From Desulfatiglandales bacterium (GTDB taxonomy: Bacteria > Desulfobacterota > DSM-4660 > Desulfatiglandales > Desulfatiglandaceae), in contig OY762721.1 of NCBI GenBank assembly GCA_963666345.1, positions 3,296,001 through 3,360,000 of the forward strand: a DNA stretch of 64,000 nt. Reading direction: 5' to 3'. The translations under genes and the position numbers were made by a program. This document shows positions 9,659 through 20,177 of this stretch, piece after piece. The stretch's first letter is position 1; every line of letters starts with the position of its first letter. The notes under the pieces were generated by a model, which did not search any database, had not been told where the DNA came from, and was given only the letters and a program-made list of their open reading frames with translations.

Positions 9659-11359
9659 TCAGGAGACCGTTATGGAAAGAGGGATGGATATAGTTACCTC
9701 TGCTCCCCCGTGGGGGTGATTTTCACCCCACACCTTTCCTTGCAGGCCTTCAACTATTCTTTTTACGGTGGCAAGCCCCAAACCGGAGCCTCCCTCCTTT
9801 GTGGTAAAAAAAGGTATGAATAGTTGTGAAAGGGCCTTTTTGTCAAATCCTTTTCCTGTATCACGGACCACTATCTTTACCCTTTTTCCCGAGTGATCCG
9901 GATCGTCTTCTTTCAGGCCCGTTGCCACGTAAAGCATGCCGCCGTCCGGCATGGCCTCATTGGCATTTAAAAAGAGGTTCCATAGGACCTGCTTGATCTG
10001 TTCCGGGTCTGACTCGATCTCAAGCGGTTCATGAAAATCTGTTTTTATTTCAATTAATTCCATGCACTGCTGGCTGTTTTTAAACAGTTCGAGCGATTCT
10101 GTTATAATATCGTTGATCTCAAAGAATGTCAGAGTCGGCTTTCTGGGTCTTGCAAAACGGAGGAAGTCATTTATCAGATGGTTCAAGCGGTTGGTTTCTC
10201 GAATTATTATGTCCATAAGCCTGGCATTTACGTCATTTTTTTCAAGATCATCCCTGAGCATCTGGATTGAACCGCTTATGGAGGCCATCGGATTTCTTAT
10301 CTCATGAGCTATGCCCGCTGCAAGTTCACCCACGAGTGCCAGTCCCTCGACCCGCTTGATCTCTTCCTGTATCCTCTTCAGCTCGGTGACGTCCTGGAAG
10401 ATCATAATATGCCCGTGCCTGTCTCCGAACGGAAACCTCAGGGGTGAGACGGATGCCTGCAGATGGATCAGTTTTTCATCAGGTTTCTCATAAGAAAGAT
10501 CGGTAAAGGGAGAAAAGTTCTTTATCTTTTTCAGAAGGTCGTTTTTTGTTGGATTACCGGAGTCGTCCAGAAATCGGAGGACCTCATAAAACTTTTTGCC
10601 CATTGAAATAACGGAAGATGTCCCGAAAATGCCCTCTGCGGCAGGATTAAAGAGAATTATCCTGTCATTTTCATCTATCACCAGAAGTGCGGAGTTAATG
10701 CTGCTTATGATGTTCTCGTTGAGTATCTCAAGCTTATCCAGGTCTTTCTGTTTGGCCTTCAATTCCACCCGGCTCTTTCGGGTCTGTTCCGAGAGGTAGC
10801 TGGTCAGATAAGCGACAAGGTAAAAGGCCGCGATATTGACCAGTATCATGAAGAACAGCGGCAGATCCTGATATTGAGGGGAATATGTGGCCTTGGCTCC
10901 AAGAGGGTGGAGTATCCCGTAGTAATGCAGATCAAGCAGCAGCCCGTAAAGTATGCTGCTGCTTGATGCGACCAGGTACCCGCCTTTGCGGTAAAGTATA
11001 ATGCTCGCGTTTATGATCGTCAGTATATAGAGAAAGGAAAATATGCTCTCTATTCCACCTGTTGTATAAATGATGGCGGTGATTATGAAGGTGTCTATGA
11101 GCAGTTGCAGATAGGCCAGGCGGTAGCGGTTTTCAGGATTTTTAAACAGGATGACATAGATGAAGGTAAGAAAATAGATGCCGGCTATCAGGATATAGTG
11201 CGAGTTCTGTATATATGCGAAATAGGCCTGGGTTTCCCTGATCTGGATGAAAACCGATGCGCCCAGAAGCAGGGAGACAAATATCACCCTCAAAAGCATA
11301 AGGGACTGAAGGCGATCCGAGAGTTCGGTTCGAGGTATGGTTTGTCCAGGATTAGGCAT
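9659..11359 (-). CDS. pilS: PilS-like membrane sensor histidine kinase (6 TM, PAS, HisKA, HATPase)
   Basis: N-terminal TM helices with TGG..S.F.FLY, AHEIRNPMASISGS, N box, DTGKG, FFTTKEGGSGLGL. Directly downstream of pilC. Confidence 0.8.
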   Translation of the reverse strand: MPNPGQTIPRTELSDRLQSLMLLRVIFVSLLLGASVFIQIRETQAYFAYIQNSHYILIAGIYFLTFIYVILFKNPENRYRLAYLQLLIDTFIITAIIYTTGGIESIFSFLYILTIINASIILYRKGGYLVASSSSILYGLLLDLHYYGILHPLGAKATYSPQYQDLPLFFMILVNIAAFYLVAYLTSYLSEQTRKSRVELKAKQKDLDKLEILNENIISSINSALLVIDENDRIILFNPAAEGIFGTSSVISMGKKFYEVLRFLDDSGNPTKNDLLKKIKNFSPFTDLSYEKPDEKLIHLQASVSPLRFPFGDRHGHIMIFQDVTELKRIQEEIKRVEGLALVGELAAGIAHEIRNPMASISGSIQMLRDDLEKNDVNARLMDIIIRETNRLNHLINDFLRFARPRKPTLTFFEINDIITESLELFKNSQQCMELIEIKTDFHEPLEIESDPEQIKQVLWNLFLNANEAMPDGGMLYVATGLKEDDPDHSGKRVKIVVRDTGKGFDKKALSQLFIPFFTTKEGGSGLGLATVKRIVEGLQGKVWGENHPHGGAEVTISIPLSITVS

Positions 11360-11369
11360 GCCGGAAAGA

Positions 11370-12578
11370 TTATCCTATTGCAGACGCAAGCTTGAATATC
11401 GGCAGGTACATGGCAACGACCAGCCCGCCTATGGTGCCGCCGAGAAATACCATCAGAATCGGTTCCAACATCGAAGTCATGGCGTCCACCGCGGTATCCA
11501 CTTCAGCATCATAGAATTCGGCTATCTTCTCCAGCATCGTATCCAGTGCCCCGGTGGCCTCCCCGACCGCTATCATCTGGACTACCATGCTGGGGAAGAT
11601 ATCGTTTTCCGAAAGAGGATCCGCAATGGTCTGGCCTTCGGCTATACTGCTTCGGACCTCCAGGATTACCTCTTCCAATATGACATTGCCCGATGTCCTG
11701 GCCACTATGTCGAGCGCATCCAGGATAGGAACCCCGCTGCTTATCATCGTTCCAAGGGTCCTGGTAAATCTTGCCACCGCGACCTTTTTCAAAAGCGACC
11801 CGAATACGGGCAGTTTCAGGGCAATGGAATCAGTTCGTTTTCTTCCTGATTTGGACCCCCTGTATTTTTTGAACAGAAAGCCTGCTGCAATAAGACCACC
11901 CAGCATGTAGTGGATATTACCCTTGATAAAGCGGCTCATGTTGACCACGATCTGGGTAGGTGTGGGCAGGGCGGAGCCGAAATCCGCAAAGAGATCCTCG
12001 AACACCGGAATGACAAATATGAGTATTATCGCAACAACTATAACAGCGACGCATAAGACCACTATCGGATAGGTCATGGCACCCTTTATCTGGGATTTAA
12101 GCCTTTCCGCTTTTTCTATATATGCTGCCAGTCTCTGCAGAATCGTGTCGAGTATCCCGCCTACCTCCCCGGCTGCCACGAGATTAACGAACAGGTCGTC
12201 AAACTGCTTGGGATGCTTCCTGAGTGCCTCGGCAAGACTGGAACCGCCTTCAACGTCTTTTACCACCTTCTTCAGGATCACTTGAAACGTCTTGTTTTCT
12301 GTCTGATCGGCAAGGATAGTCAATCCCTGGATGAGGGGAAGTCCTGCATCTATCATGGTTGAAAATTGTCTGGTGAAGATAACGATATCCTTGTTCGTTA
12401 CCTTTGGTTGCAGAAAGGAGATGCTTTCAAAGAGGTCTTTGGGTTTCAGCTTTATCTTCTTTACCGTGAGATTCCTTCTTCTCAGCTGGGCCCTTACTAT
12501 CTTTTCATCGGCTACGTCGAACTCTCCCTTGAGGGTTTTGCCCTTCCTTGTTTCGGCAACCCATTTGTAGACAGGCAT
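11370..12578 (-). CDS. pilC: Type IV pilus platform protein PilC (GspF family)
   Basis: FTRQFSTMIDAGLPL, AGEVGGILDTILQRLA, GEATGALDTMLEKIA, YLPIF. Confidence 0.95.
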   Translation of the reverse strand: MPVYKWVAETRKGKTLKGEFDVADEKIVRAQLRRRNLTVKKIKLKPKDLFESISFLQPKVTNKDIVIFTRQFSTMIDAGLPLIQGLTILADQTENKTFQVILKKVVKDVEGGSSLAEALRKHPKQFDDLFVNLVAAGEVGGILDTILQRLAAYIEKAERLKSQIKGAMTYPIVVLCVAVIVVAIILIFVIPVFEDLFADFGSALPTPTQIVVNMSRFIKGNIHYMLGGLIAAGFLFKKYRGSKSGRKRTDSIALKLPVFGSLLKKVAVARFTRTLGTMISSGVPILDALDIVARTSGNVILEEVILEVRSSIAEGQTIADPLSENDIFPSMVVQMIAVGEATGALDTMLEKIAEFYDAEVDTAVDAMTSMLEPILMVFLGGTIGGLVVAMYLPIFKLASAIG

Positions 12579-12761
12579 CGCGGTCCTCCCTGAACCCCTT
12601 TAGGGCCAAAAAAGGTGTGCACTCTAAATAGGTGCTTCATATAAAAGACCAAGATCGATAAATTAATTATGAAGATTAAAAAATGTGGTACTTTATGTCA
12701 AGAAAACCGTATGAATTCATGCCCGGCAGGGCTCATTCGAACATGCCCTATGCGGCTTCGT

Positions 12762-12850
12762 GCCGTAAGCAAGCGACCGGAGGCTTTCAGCAGAACCGAT
12801 TAAGAAACAGATTATTAAGCAGAAAGCCGAATGCCGACGGCCGGGTGACC
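12762..12850. repeat. Degenerate inverted heptamer-array element
   Basis: ..gctttca gcag, spacer, gcagaaa gccgaat gccgacg gccgggt. Same architecture as 2765-2841. Confidence 0.5.
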
Positions 12851-13170
12851 CATCCGGAAAGCATCGATTTAGTGAAAGACACTCACTGGAAATCGTGAAC
12901 TTAAAAAAGGGAATCTTTTCAGCAATGTCTTGCAATACCACGATCTTGAGGATATGGATTCCTTGCCCGTCTCATATTTCATGAACAGTAACAGGGCATA
13001 TTATCCTTGACAATGGGTGCCTTTTGAATGCTATATATTCCGTCATAAATATCCTTAAAATCGGAATTGTTAGATCGCTCCTAATAAATTTAGTAAGTTT
13101 TGGATTAGTGGGCCGTTTTGATTATTTAGCGGGATTATGCTTCAAACTTTAAATAAAGGAGGTATCTGCA

Positions 13171-13383
13171 GTGGGTAATATTAATGCTCCTATGGCCGGC
13201 AAGGTTATTGACGTAAAGGTGAAACCTGGTGATCAGGTAAGTGACGGAGACGAGGTGGTGATCATAGAGGCGATGAAAATGGAAATTCCGGTGGTCGCAT
13301 ATGAATCCGGTACTGTCAAGGAGGTAAAATGCAACAACGGTGATGCCGTGGAGGCAGAGGGGGTACTGGTCACTCTTGAGTGA
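13171..13383 (+). CDS. Biotin carboxyl carrier protein (stand-alone biotinyl domain)
   Basis: APMAGKV and EAMKM biotinylation motif. AAGGAGG RBS before GTG. Confidence 0.92.
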   Translation: MGNINAPMAGKVIDVKVKPGDQVSDGDEVVIIEAMKMEIPVVAYESGTVKEVKCNNGDAVEAEGVLVTLE

Positions 13384-13463
13384 GAAGATGAAATGCGGCA
13401 AAGCCTTTTCATGACCCCTATCGGTTAGTTTAGTTTCTTGGCCCCAAGCTTGGAGATCCCCAT

Positions 13464-15014
13464 ATGGACATAGACAAAAAAATTGCCGAACTTGAGAGAA
13501 GAAACCTGGAAGCAGAGCTTGGCGGAGGTCAGACACGGATCGACCAGCAACATGCCAAGGGCAAGTTGACTGCCAGGGAAAGGATCGCCTGTCTGCTTGA
13601 CAAAGACAGTTTCCAGGAAATCGACCGGTTCGTTGTCCACCAATGCCATGATTTCGGGATGGAAAAAAAGAAAATAGCCGGCGACGGAGTAGTCACCGGC
13701 TATGGAACCCTGGACGGAAGGCTGGTTTTTGTCTTTTCTCAGGATTTTACGGTCCTTGGGGGATCTCTGAGTGGGGCTTTCGGGCGGAAGGTGTGCAAGA
13801 TAATGGATCTCGCGCTTAAAAACAGCGCTCCCATAATAGGTCTTAACGATTCAGGTGGGGCAAGGATTCAGGAGGGCGTGGAGAGTCTGGGCAGTTATGG
13901 GGAGATATTTAAGAGAAACGTCTGGGCCTCAGGTGTCATACCCCAGATATCGGTGATCATGGGTCCATGCGCGGGCGGTGCGGTATATTCCCCGGCACTC
14001 ACCGATTTCACCATTATGGTGAAAAAGACGAGCAACATGTTTATTACCGGTCCCCAGGTAATAAAGGCGGTCACGGCCGAGGAGGTTACTTCCGAAGAGT
14101 TGGGCGGGGCCATGACCCATAACAGGAAAAGCGGTGTGGCCCATTTCGCGGCCGAATCTGATGAACTGGCATTGGAAAGGGTGAAGCAGATCCTCAGTTA
14201 TTTGCCGCAGAATTTCAGAGAAAAACCGCCATGGCAGGAGTGTTCCGATGATCCGGAACGAACGGATAAATCACTCAACAAGATAGTACCGACAAATCCC
14301 AGAATACCTTACGATATGAGGGGTATCATAACCAGGGTGCTGGATAACGGTGAGTTTCTGGAGATCCAGAGACGATACGCCACAAACATGGTGGTAGGAT
14401 TCGGTCGTTTAAACGGTTATGTCGTGGGGATAGTGGCTAATCAGCCAAAGTCGCTTGCAGGTTGCCTGGATATAAACGCCTCCATGAAATGTTCCAGATT
14501 TGTTCGCACATGCGATGCCTTTAATATCCCGCTCATTACATTCGTTGATGTCCCGGGGTTTTTGCCCGGAGTGAACCAGGAATTCGGCGGAATCATAAAG
14601 CATGGGGCAAAGATCATTTATGCCTATTGCGAGGCCACCGTACCCAAGATAACCGTTGTCACGCGCAAGGCATACGGTGGGGCCTATGATGTCATGTCGA
14701 GCAAACATCACGGCGGGGATATAAATTATGCCTATCCCACGGCTGAAATCGCCGTTATGGGTCCTGAGGGTGCCGTAAATATAGTATTCCGAAAGGAAAT
14801 AGAGGAATCTGACGACCCTGAGTCCACGAGAGAGAGACTGGTGGAGGAATACAGGAATAATTTCGCCAGCCCGTTTAAGGCGGCGGAACTGGGTTATATC
14901 GATAATATAATATTTCCCGAAAATACCCGGCCAAGACTTATCAAGGCACTCATGATGCTTAAAAACAAGAAAGATACAATACCTGAGAGAAGGCATGGCA
15001 ATATTCCGCTTTAG
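13464..15014 (+). CDS. Acyl-CoA carboxyltransferase beta subunit (PccB/MmdA family)
   Basis: [63 protein letters not shown]. Confidence 0.93.
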   Translation: MDIDKKIAELERRNLEAELGGGQTRIDQQHAKGKLTARERIACLLDKDSFQEIDRFVVHQCHDFGMEKKKIAGDGVVTGYGTLDGRLVFVFSQDFTVLGGSLSGAFGRKVCKIMDLALKNSAPIIGLNDSGGARIQEGVESLGSYGEIFKRNVWASGVIPQISVIMGPCAGGAVYSPALTDFTIMVKKTSNMFITGPQVIKAVTAEEVTSEELGGAMTHNRKSGVAHFAAESDELALERVKQILSYLPQNFREKPPWQECSDDPERTDKSLNKIVPTNPRIPYDMRGIITRVLDNGEFLEIQRRYATNMVVGFGRLNGYVVGIVANQPKSLAGCLDINASMKCSRFVRTCDAFNIPLITFVDVPGFLPGVNQEFGGIIKHGAKIIYAYCEATVPKITVVTRKAYGGAYDVMSSKHHGGDINYAYPTAEIAVMGPEGAVNIVFRKEIEESDDPESTRERLVEEYRNNFASPFKAAELGYIDNIIFPENTRPRLIKALMMLKNKKDTIPERRHGNIPL

Positions 15015-15097
15015 GCCCGATTCTTTCTCATCCTCTTCTCTGTCCCCTGACATGGAAACTGACTCGGGCAACGGGGCACTCCGGATAATCGCATAAC

Positions 15098-15123
15098 AGG
15101 GCGGAAAGGCAGCTGCCCTTTTT
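15098..15123 (+). terminator. Putative intrinsic terminator after the carboxyltransferase
   Basis: agggcgg..ctgccct followed by a T run. Confidence 0.5.
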
Positions 15124-15289
15124 GTATTCAAGATAATATCCCGCAGACTACTGGCGGGTACCTTTCCCTATTTATCAATCGAATTTACTCCTGTCTGTTT
15201 TTCAACCTCTGTTATTACCGAGCTGAACAGTAGAGTTTGAGAAAGAGACCGGATGACAAACTTTTAAGCACAATTCCTGGAGGGAAGAT

Positions 15290-16975
15290 ATGTCTGATCC
15301 AAGAAGGATCGAGGGCCTGTCCAATTCGATTGGGAGTTGGACAGAAGAGGTGGAAAAGAAAATCAAAAAACATCCGGAGCGAAAGGATTCCTTTGCAAAC
15401 ACATCTGGTATCCCGGTTAACAGGCTTTATTCACCTTTGGATTGCCGGGACATGGATTATCTGGAAGATATCGGCCTTCCGGGTGAATTCCCGTTTACCC
15501 GCGGTGTACAGCCCACCATGTACAGGGGAAGACTCTGGACCATGCGGCAGTATGCCGGCTTCGCATCCGCCGCCGAATCCAACAGGCGTTATAAATATCT
15601 CCTGGACCAGGGACAGACCGGGCTGTCGGTCGCCTTTGATCTGCCGACCCAGATAGGTTACGACTCCGACCATGACATAGCCGTTGGAGAGGTCGGCAAG
15701 GTCGGGGTCGCCATTGATTCCCTTGAGGATATGGAGACCCTTTTCGATGGTATTCCTCTTGACAAGGTAAGCACATCCATGACCATCAACGCACCTGCCG
15801 CCATACTTCTGGCCATGTACATGGCGGTGGCTGAAAAGCAGGGGGTGTCAACAGAAAAACTGAGAGGAACGATTCAAAACGACATCCTGAAGGAATATTC
15901 ATCAAGAGGCACCTACATATTCCCTCCCAAACCGTCCATGAGGATAATCACGGACTCATTTTCCTTTTGTGAAAAAAACGTCCCATTGTGGAACACGATA
16001 AGCATCAGCGGCTATCATATGAGAGAGGCGGGCTGCACAGCCGTTCAGGAAGTAGCCTTTACCATGGCCAACGGCATAGCCTATGTGCAGGCCGCGCTTG
16101 ACGCAGGTCTTGATGTGGACGCGTTCGGCCCCAGGCTGGCGTTTTTCTTCTGCTGTCATCTCGATTTTTTTGAAGAGGTCGCAAAATTCAGGGCCGCCAG
16201 GCGTCTGTGGGCCGGAATAATGAAGAAGAGATTCGGCGCGGAAAACCCGAGATCGATGATGATCAGGTTCCACACCCAGACTGCTGGATGCACCCTGACA
16301 GCGCAGCAGCCGAAAAACAACATAATGCGGGTGGCCTTTCAGGCACTGGCGGCGGTGCTGGGAGGAACCCAGAGCCTTCATACAAATTCGATGGACGAGG
16401 CATTGTGCCTTCCCACAGAGGAATCTGTGCAGATAGCCCTTCGCACCCAGCAGGTAATCGCCTATGAGCTTGGAGTAACCGATACCGTGGATCCCATGGC
16501 CGGCTCATATTACCTGGAAAGGCTGACCGACGAGATCTATGAAAGGTCTGTGGAGTATATCGAAAGGATAGACAAGATGGGCGGGGCCGTGGCCGCCATT
16601 GAAAAGGGGTATATCCAGAAGGAGATCCAGGACAGCGCCTTCAAGTACCAGAGGGAGATAGAGGAGGAAAAAAGGATAGTGGTGGGTCTCAACAAGTATA
16701 AGGGGGAGGCGGTCAGCAGCGCGGAGATCCTGCGGGTAGACCCGGCCGTGCGCGTGGCCCAGGTGGATAAATTGAAGAGACTCAGAGAGAAAAGAGACAA
16801 CAGAAAGGTCGAGCAGGCCCTTCTGGATCTGAAAAAGGGAGGGGAGGGCCGGGATGAAAACCTGGTGCCGCTCATGCTTGACGCGGTAAAGGCATATGCA
16901 ACCCTAGGGGAGATATGCGATGTCTTAAGAGGGGTTTTCGGTGAATATAGGCCCTCAGGGACATTCGGGGGCTGA
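15290..16975 (+). CDS. Methylmalonyl-CoA mutase, large (substrate-binding) subunit
   Basis: [44 protein letters not shown]. Tyr and Arg specificity residues of MCM type. Confidence 0.93.
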   Translation: MSDPRRIEGLSNSIGSWTEEVEKKIKKHPERKDSFANTSGIPVNRLYSPLDCRDMDYLEDIGLPGEFPFTRGVQPTMYRGRLWTMRQYAGFASAAESNRRYKYLLDQGQTGLSVAFDLPTQIGYDSDHDIAVGEVGKVGVAIDSLEDMETLFDGIPLDKVSTSMTINAPAAILLAMYMAVAEKQGVSTEKLRGTIQNDILKEYSSRGTYIFPPKPSMRIITDSFSFCEKNVPLWNTISISGYHMREAGCTAVQEVAFTMANGIAYVQAALDAGLDVDAFGPRLAFFFCCHLDFFEEVAKFRAARRLWAGIMKKRFGAENPRSMMIRFHTQTAGCTLTAQQPKNNIMRVAFQALAAVLGGTQSLHTNSMDEALCLPTEESVQIALRTQQVIAYELGVTDTVDPMAGSYYLERLTDEIYERSVEYIERIDKMGGAVAAIEKGYIQKEIQDSAFKYQREIEEEKRIVVGLNKYKGEAVSSAEILRVDPAVRVAQVDKLKRLREKRDNRKVEQALLDLKKGGEGRDENLVPLMLDAVKAYATLGEICDVLRGVFGEYRPSGTFGG

Positions 16976-17018
16976 TAGCCATTGAGGCAGGCAAACGGCA
17001 GCAAAGGGAGATATTCTT

Positions 17019-17420
17019 ATGAATAAGGAAAGAAGGATCAGGGTACTGGCGGCAAAACCGGGGCTTGACGGCCATGACAGGGGAATAAAAGTCGTAATCA
17101 GCGCCTTGATGGATGTGGGAATGGAGGTCATCTATGCCGGTTTGAGACAGACACCCGCCCAGATCGTGGAAGCCGCCATTCAGGAAGACGCCGACGTCAT
17201 CGCCCTGAGCAGCCTTTCAGGTGCGCATGATTATCTCTTCCCAAAGGTGATGGAGATGTTGAGAGAAAGACAATGTGATGATATCCTCGTTATCGGCGGA
17301 GGGATAATACCTGAAGCGGATATCCCCGAGATGAAAGAGGCGGGTGTGGCCGAGATATTCGGGCCGGGAACGGACACGAGAGATATTATCTCCTTTATCC
17401 GGGAAAGAGTCAAAAAATAG
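17019..17420 (+). CDS. Methylmalonyl-CoA mutase, cobalamin-binding subunit
   Basis: [11 protein letters not shown] (DxHxxG), SSLSGAH, GGGIIP, IFGPGT. Confidence 0.95.
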   Translation: MNKERRIRVLAAKPGLDGHDRGIKVVISALMDVGMEVIYAGLRQTPAQIVEAAIQEDADVIALSSLSGAHDYLFPKVMEMLRERQCDDILVIGGGIIPEADIPEMKEAGVAEIFGPGTDTRDIISFIRERVKK

Positions 17421-17459
17421 TAACAGTCTGGTTTTATCAGAAAAGGAGTATTGCCGATT

Positions 17460-17927
17460 ATGCCTGGAAAATATTTTGAAGATCTCAGATTGGGTATGAA
17501 AATCAGACATATAAACGGACGTACCGTGACCGAGATGGACAATGTGCTCTTTTCATCCCTCACCATGAATACCCAGCCGTTGCATGTGAACCGGGACTTC
17601 TGCCGGAAGAATTCCCGGTTCGGCAGACGCCTTGTAAACGGGGTGTTTATCCTTGGACTGATCGTGGGCATTTCCGTGCCGGAGATGACCGAGGGAACCA
17701 TCGTGGCAAACCTGGGTTATGACAAGGTTCGTCACCTGAAGCCGGTTTTCCACGGGGATACGATCTACGCCGAAACCGAGGTGGTCAGCTTACGTGATTC
17801 CTCCTCAAATCCCGAAGCGGGCATCGCGACCTTTCGCCATCTGGGTCTAAACCAGGAAGGTACGGAGGTGATCAGTTTTGAAAGGACCGTAATGGTGATG
17901 AAACGGAAAGAAGTTAAAGGGGCGTGA
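17460..17927 (+). CDS. MaoC-family (R)-specific acyl-CoA hydratase
   Basis: GKYFED, GRTVTEMDNVLF..LTMNTQPLH, VANLGYD.V...KPVFHGDT. AAGGAG RBS. Confidence 0.9.
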   Translation: MPGKYFEDLRLGMKIRHINGRTVTEMDNVLFSSLTMNTQPLHVNRDFCRKNSRFGRRLVNGVFILGLIVGISVPEMTEGTIVANLGYDKVRHLKPVFHGDTIYAETEVVSLRDSSSNPEAGIATFRHLGLNQEGTEVISFERTVMVMKRKEVKGA

Positions 17928-17964
17928 AAGGGGTAATACAGCGCTGCCCTTTGGATGGGATATC

Positions 17965-19263
17965 CTACTTCGTCCGACCAAGGGTTTCCCTGAGAAAAAG
18001 CGCGACAATAAGGGAGATGACAGCTCCGGTCAAACAGACGAGAAACATCTCCCGATATCCTGAAAGGGCATATCCGGAGCCATTCAGGCCGTTTCTGCTC
18101 AGGATGGCTCCGATAAATACCTGGAAAAAGGCGCCTCCGAAAAATGGAAACAGGTTCACAGCTCCAACCGAAGTGCCCGCTATATCAATCGGAAACAGTT
18201 CTTTTGAAACTGCCGCTATCACCGGGCCGGGAGCCGCCCCTGCAAGGCAGAAACAGAAGAACAGGATATAGAGATGCGCAGGTGAAAGCCGGTCGGTATA
18301 GGCATACAGGATCGCAAATACCGCCGTAAGCATAATGCTGCAACCTATAATGACCGGTTTTCTTCCCGCCCGATTGGCGATCCAGCTGAGTAACGGGCCT
18401 CCGATGATCAATGCCAGGGCGAACATTGAAAGCACGCCGCCTGCGGCGGCCTTGCTCATTCCGTATACCTGCATCAGAAAAGGTCCCCCCCAGAGACCTC
18501 CCAGGGAAAAGGCGATACCGGTGGCAAAAAAAGGCCAGAGTGATATGGGCCAGAAACGGGCCGCCAGAACCACCTGCCTCAGACCGTCGATAAGACCGAT
18601 TTTATCGTTTGATTTTTCGCACTGAGGTTGAACCGGAGGGGGAAACCCCATGTCCGAGGGCCGATTCCTTACAAAGGCATAGACGAGCAGGGCCATGATC
18701 AGACTGAACAGCCCCACGGTCACAAGTGTCATGCGCCATCCGATAAGGTCGCTTATCCAGGCAAGCGGGGCGCTTGCGCTCAGGGCACCCAGCCCGCCCA
18801 TGGCCATGAAGATGCCTCCCATGATCACGAAGCGTCTCGGCGTGAACCATTCGGCAAGAAGCTTGAAATTTGAGACAAACACGGTGGATACCCCTACACC
18901 TACTAGTGTCCTGCCGATCATGGCAATGGCCACATTGGAGGCCATGCCCATGATTATGGATCCGAGGGCGGCAAGCACGAAGAATGCCGACACGGTCTTG
19001 CGCGGGCCCCAGGAATCGACCATGAGGCCTGTGGGAAGCTGCATTATTGCGTAGGCGTAAAAGTAAGTGGAACCCAGGAGACCGAGAAGTGCCCCGCCGA
19101 CTCCGAAGTCCGCCTGCATTTCCAGGGCGATGACCGCCGGACAGAGCCTGTGAAAGAAGACAAGGACGTAACTGGCGAAGATCAAAAGGCAGATGAGATA
19201 ACGATACTTTTCGGCGCTTATAGGATTTCGGGCGGCGCTGCGGCCGGGGTTATGTTTGCTCAT
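17965..19263 (-). CDS. MFS transporter
   Basis: About 12 hydrophobic segments; motif A GLMVDSWGPRK. Confidence 0.9.
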   Translation of the reverse strand: MSKHNPGRSAARNPISAEKYRYLICLLIFASYVLVFFHRLCPAVIALEMQADFGVGGALLGLLGSTYFYAYAIMQLPTGLMVDSWGPRKTVSAFFVLAALGSIIMGMASNVAIAMIGRTLVGVGVSTVFVSNFKLLAEWFTPRRFVIMGGIFMAMGGLGALSASAPLAWISDLIGWRMTLVTVGLFSLIMALLVYAFVRNRPSDMGFPPPVQPQCEKSNDKIGLIDGLRQVVLAARFWPISLWPFFATGIAFSLGGLWGGPFLMQVYGMSKAAAGGVLSMFALALIIGGPLLSWIANRAGRKPVIIGCSIMLTAVFAILYAYTDRLSPAHLYILFFCFCLAGAAPGPVIAAVSKELFPIDIAGTSVGAVNLFPFFGGAFFQVFIGAILSRNGLNGSGYALSGYREMFLVCLTGAVISLIVALFLRETLGRTK

Positions 19264-19384
19264 GTGTCTCAGTAGTCGCTCCTTGGCGCCTTGAATCCAA
19301 CATCTTGCCGGTGTCCGGGGCTAAGCCGAAATCCCGGGTAATGGTTAACCCTGAATTATGTGGTGGATTCCCGGTGAAAGTGCG

Positions 19385-19413
19385 TTGACAATGGTTTTTT
19401 GCCGGAATATTAT
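19385..19413 (+). promoter_or_regulatory. Sigma70-type promoter of the 19452 ORF
   Basis: TTGACA-17 nt-TATTAT. Confidence 0.65.
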
Positions 19414-19451
19414 TGATTCAGGATTAAACCACGAACCGATGGAGGCGTCAA

Positions 19452-19661
19452 ATGGAAGAAAAACAGCTTCTCATGATGAATGTGGTATCAAACATCCTTG
19501 CGGCGTATTACTCCAACAAGGTCAGCTTCTGTATCCTCAATCAGCGTGAGCCAAGCGATGCTGAAAAGGATGCCCTGCTGAAAAAATGTATCTCCATGTT
19601 CGAGAACCTCAGCACTAGCTATATGGATGATATCAGGGAGATCGCAGGCACCATCAAGTAG
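19452..19661 (+). CDS. Small hypothetical helical protein
   Basis: Near-consensus promoter, GGAGG RBS, intergenic position. Confidence 0.75.
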   Translation: MEEKQLLMMNVVSNILAAYYSNKVSFCILNQREPSDAEKDALLKKCISMFENLSTSYMDDIREIAGTIK

Positions 19662-19751
19662 ATACCCGGAGCGTGCCCGAACTTGATCAGAACTGCAGGC
19701 TCCTCAGGGAACCGAAAGATTCCTTAAGGAGGCAATGCTTACTGTTGTCCT

Positions 19752-20111
19752 TTATCCCCTGTCAAGCATTTGAAGCCTTGCCAATGTCTTGTCCGCGACA
19801 GCCTTTTCCTTATTGAAATATTTTATTATCCTTTTGAGACATTTCCCTCTTTCGCTTTCATCGTTGAAATGCTCGGCACAGGAGTCCATGCAGTCTTTGG
19901 CCCAGGCTATGTTCGCCTCCACCTGCTCCGGTATCTTTTCGCTGTCATGCCTTACCGCATTTTCCGGGCATATGTCATGGCAATTACCGCAGCGAATGCA
20001 GTTAGCCATGTCTATTTGAGCCTTTTCATTTTTAATCGATATGGTTTCTGCGGGACATTCTTCAGCGCAGATACCACAACCTGTGCATCCATTTTCATCT
20101 ACCCACGGCAT
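19752..20111 (-). CDS. 2x[4Fe-4S] ferredoxin-domain protein with helical C-terminal extension
   Basis: CTGCGICAEECP and CIRCGNCHDICP. AAGGAG RBS. Confidence 0.9.
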   Translation of the reverse strand: MPWVDENGCTGCGICAEECPAETISIKNEKAQIDMANCIRCGNCHDICPENAVRHDSEKIPEQVEANIAWAKDCMDSCAEHFNDESERGKCLKRIIKYFNKEKAVADKTLARLQMLDRG

Positions 20112-20177
20112 CTTATAGTTCTCCTTGAAAAAGAGATTTAGAAGATTATTGATTTTCTTAAAGAGCCTGGAAAAATA

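Noticed and set aside
15290..16975. Isobutyryl-CoA or 2-hydroxyisobutyryl-CoA mutase
   Set aside because: RQYAGF (Tyr) and the Arg in SSRGTY indicate specificity for a carboxylated substrate, i.e. MCM type.
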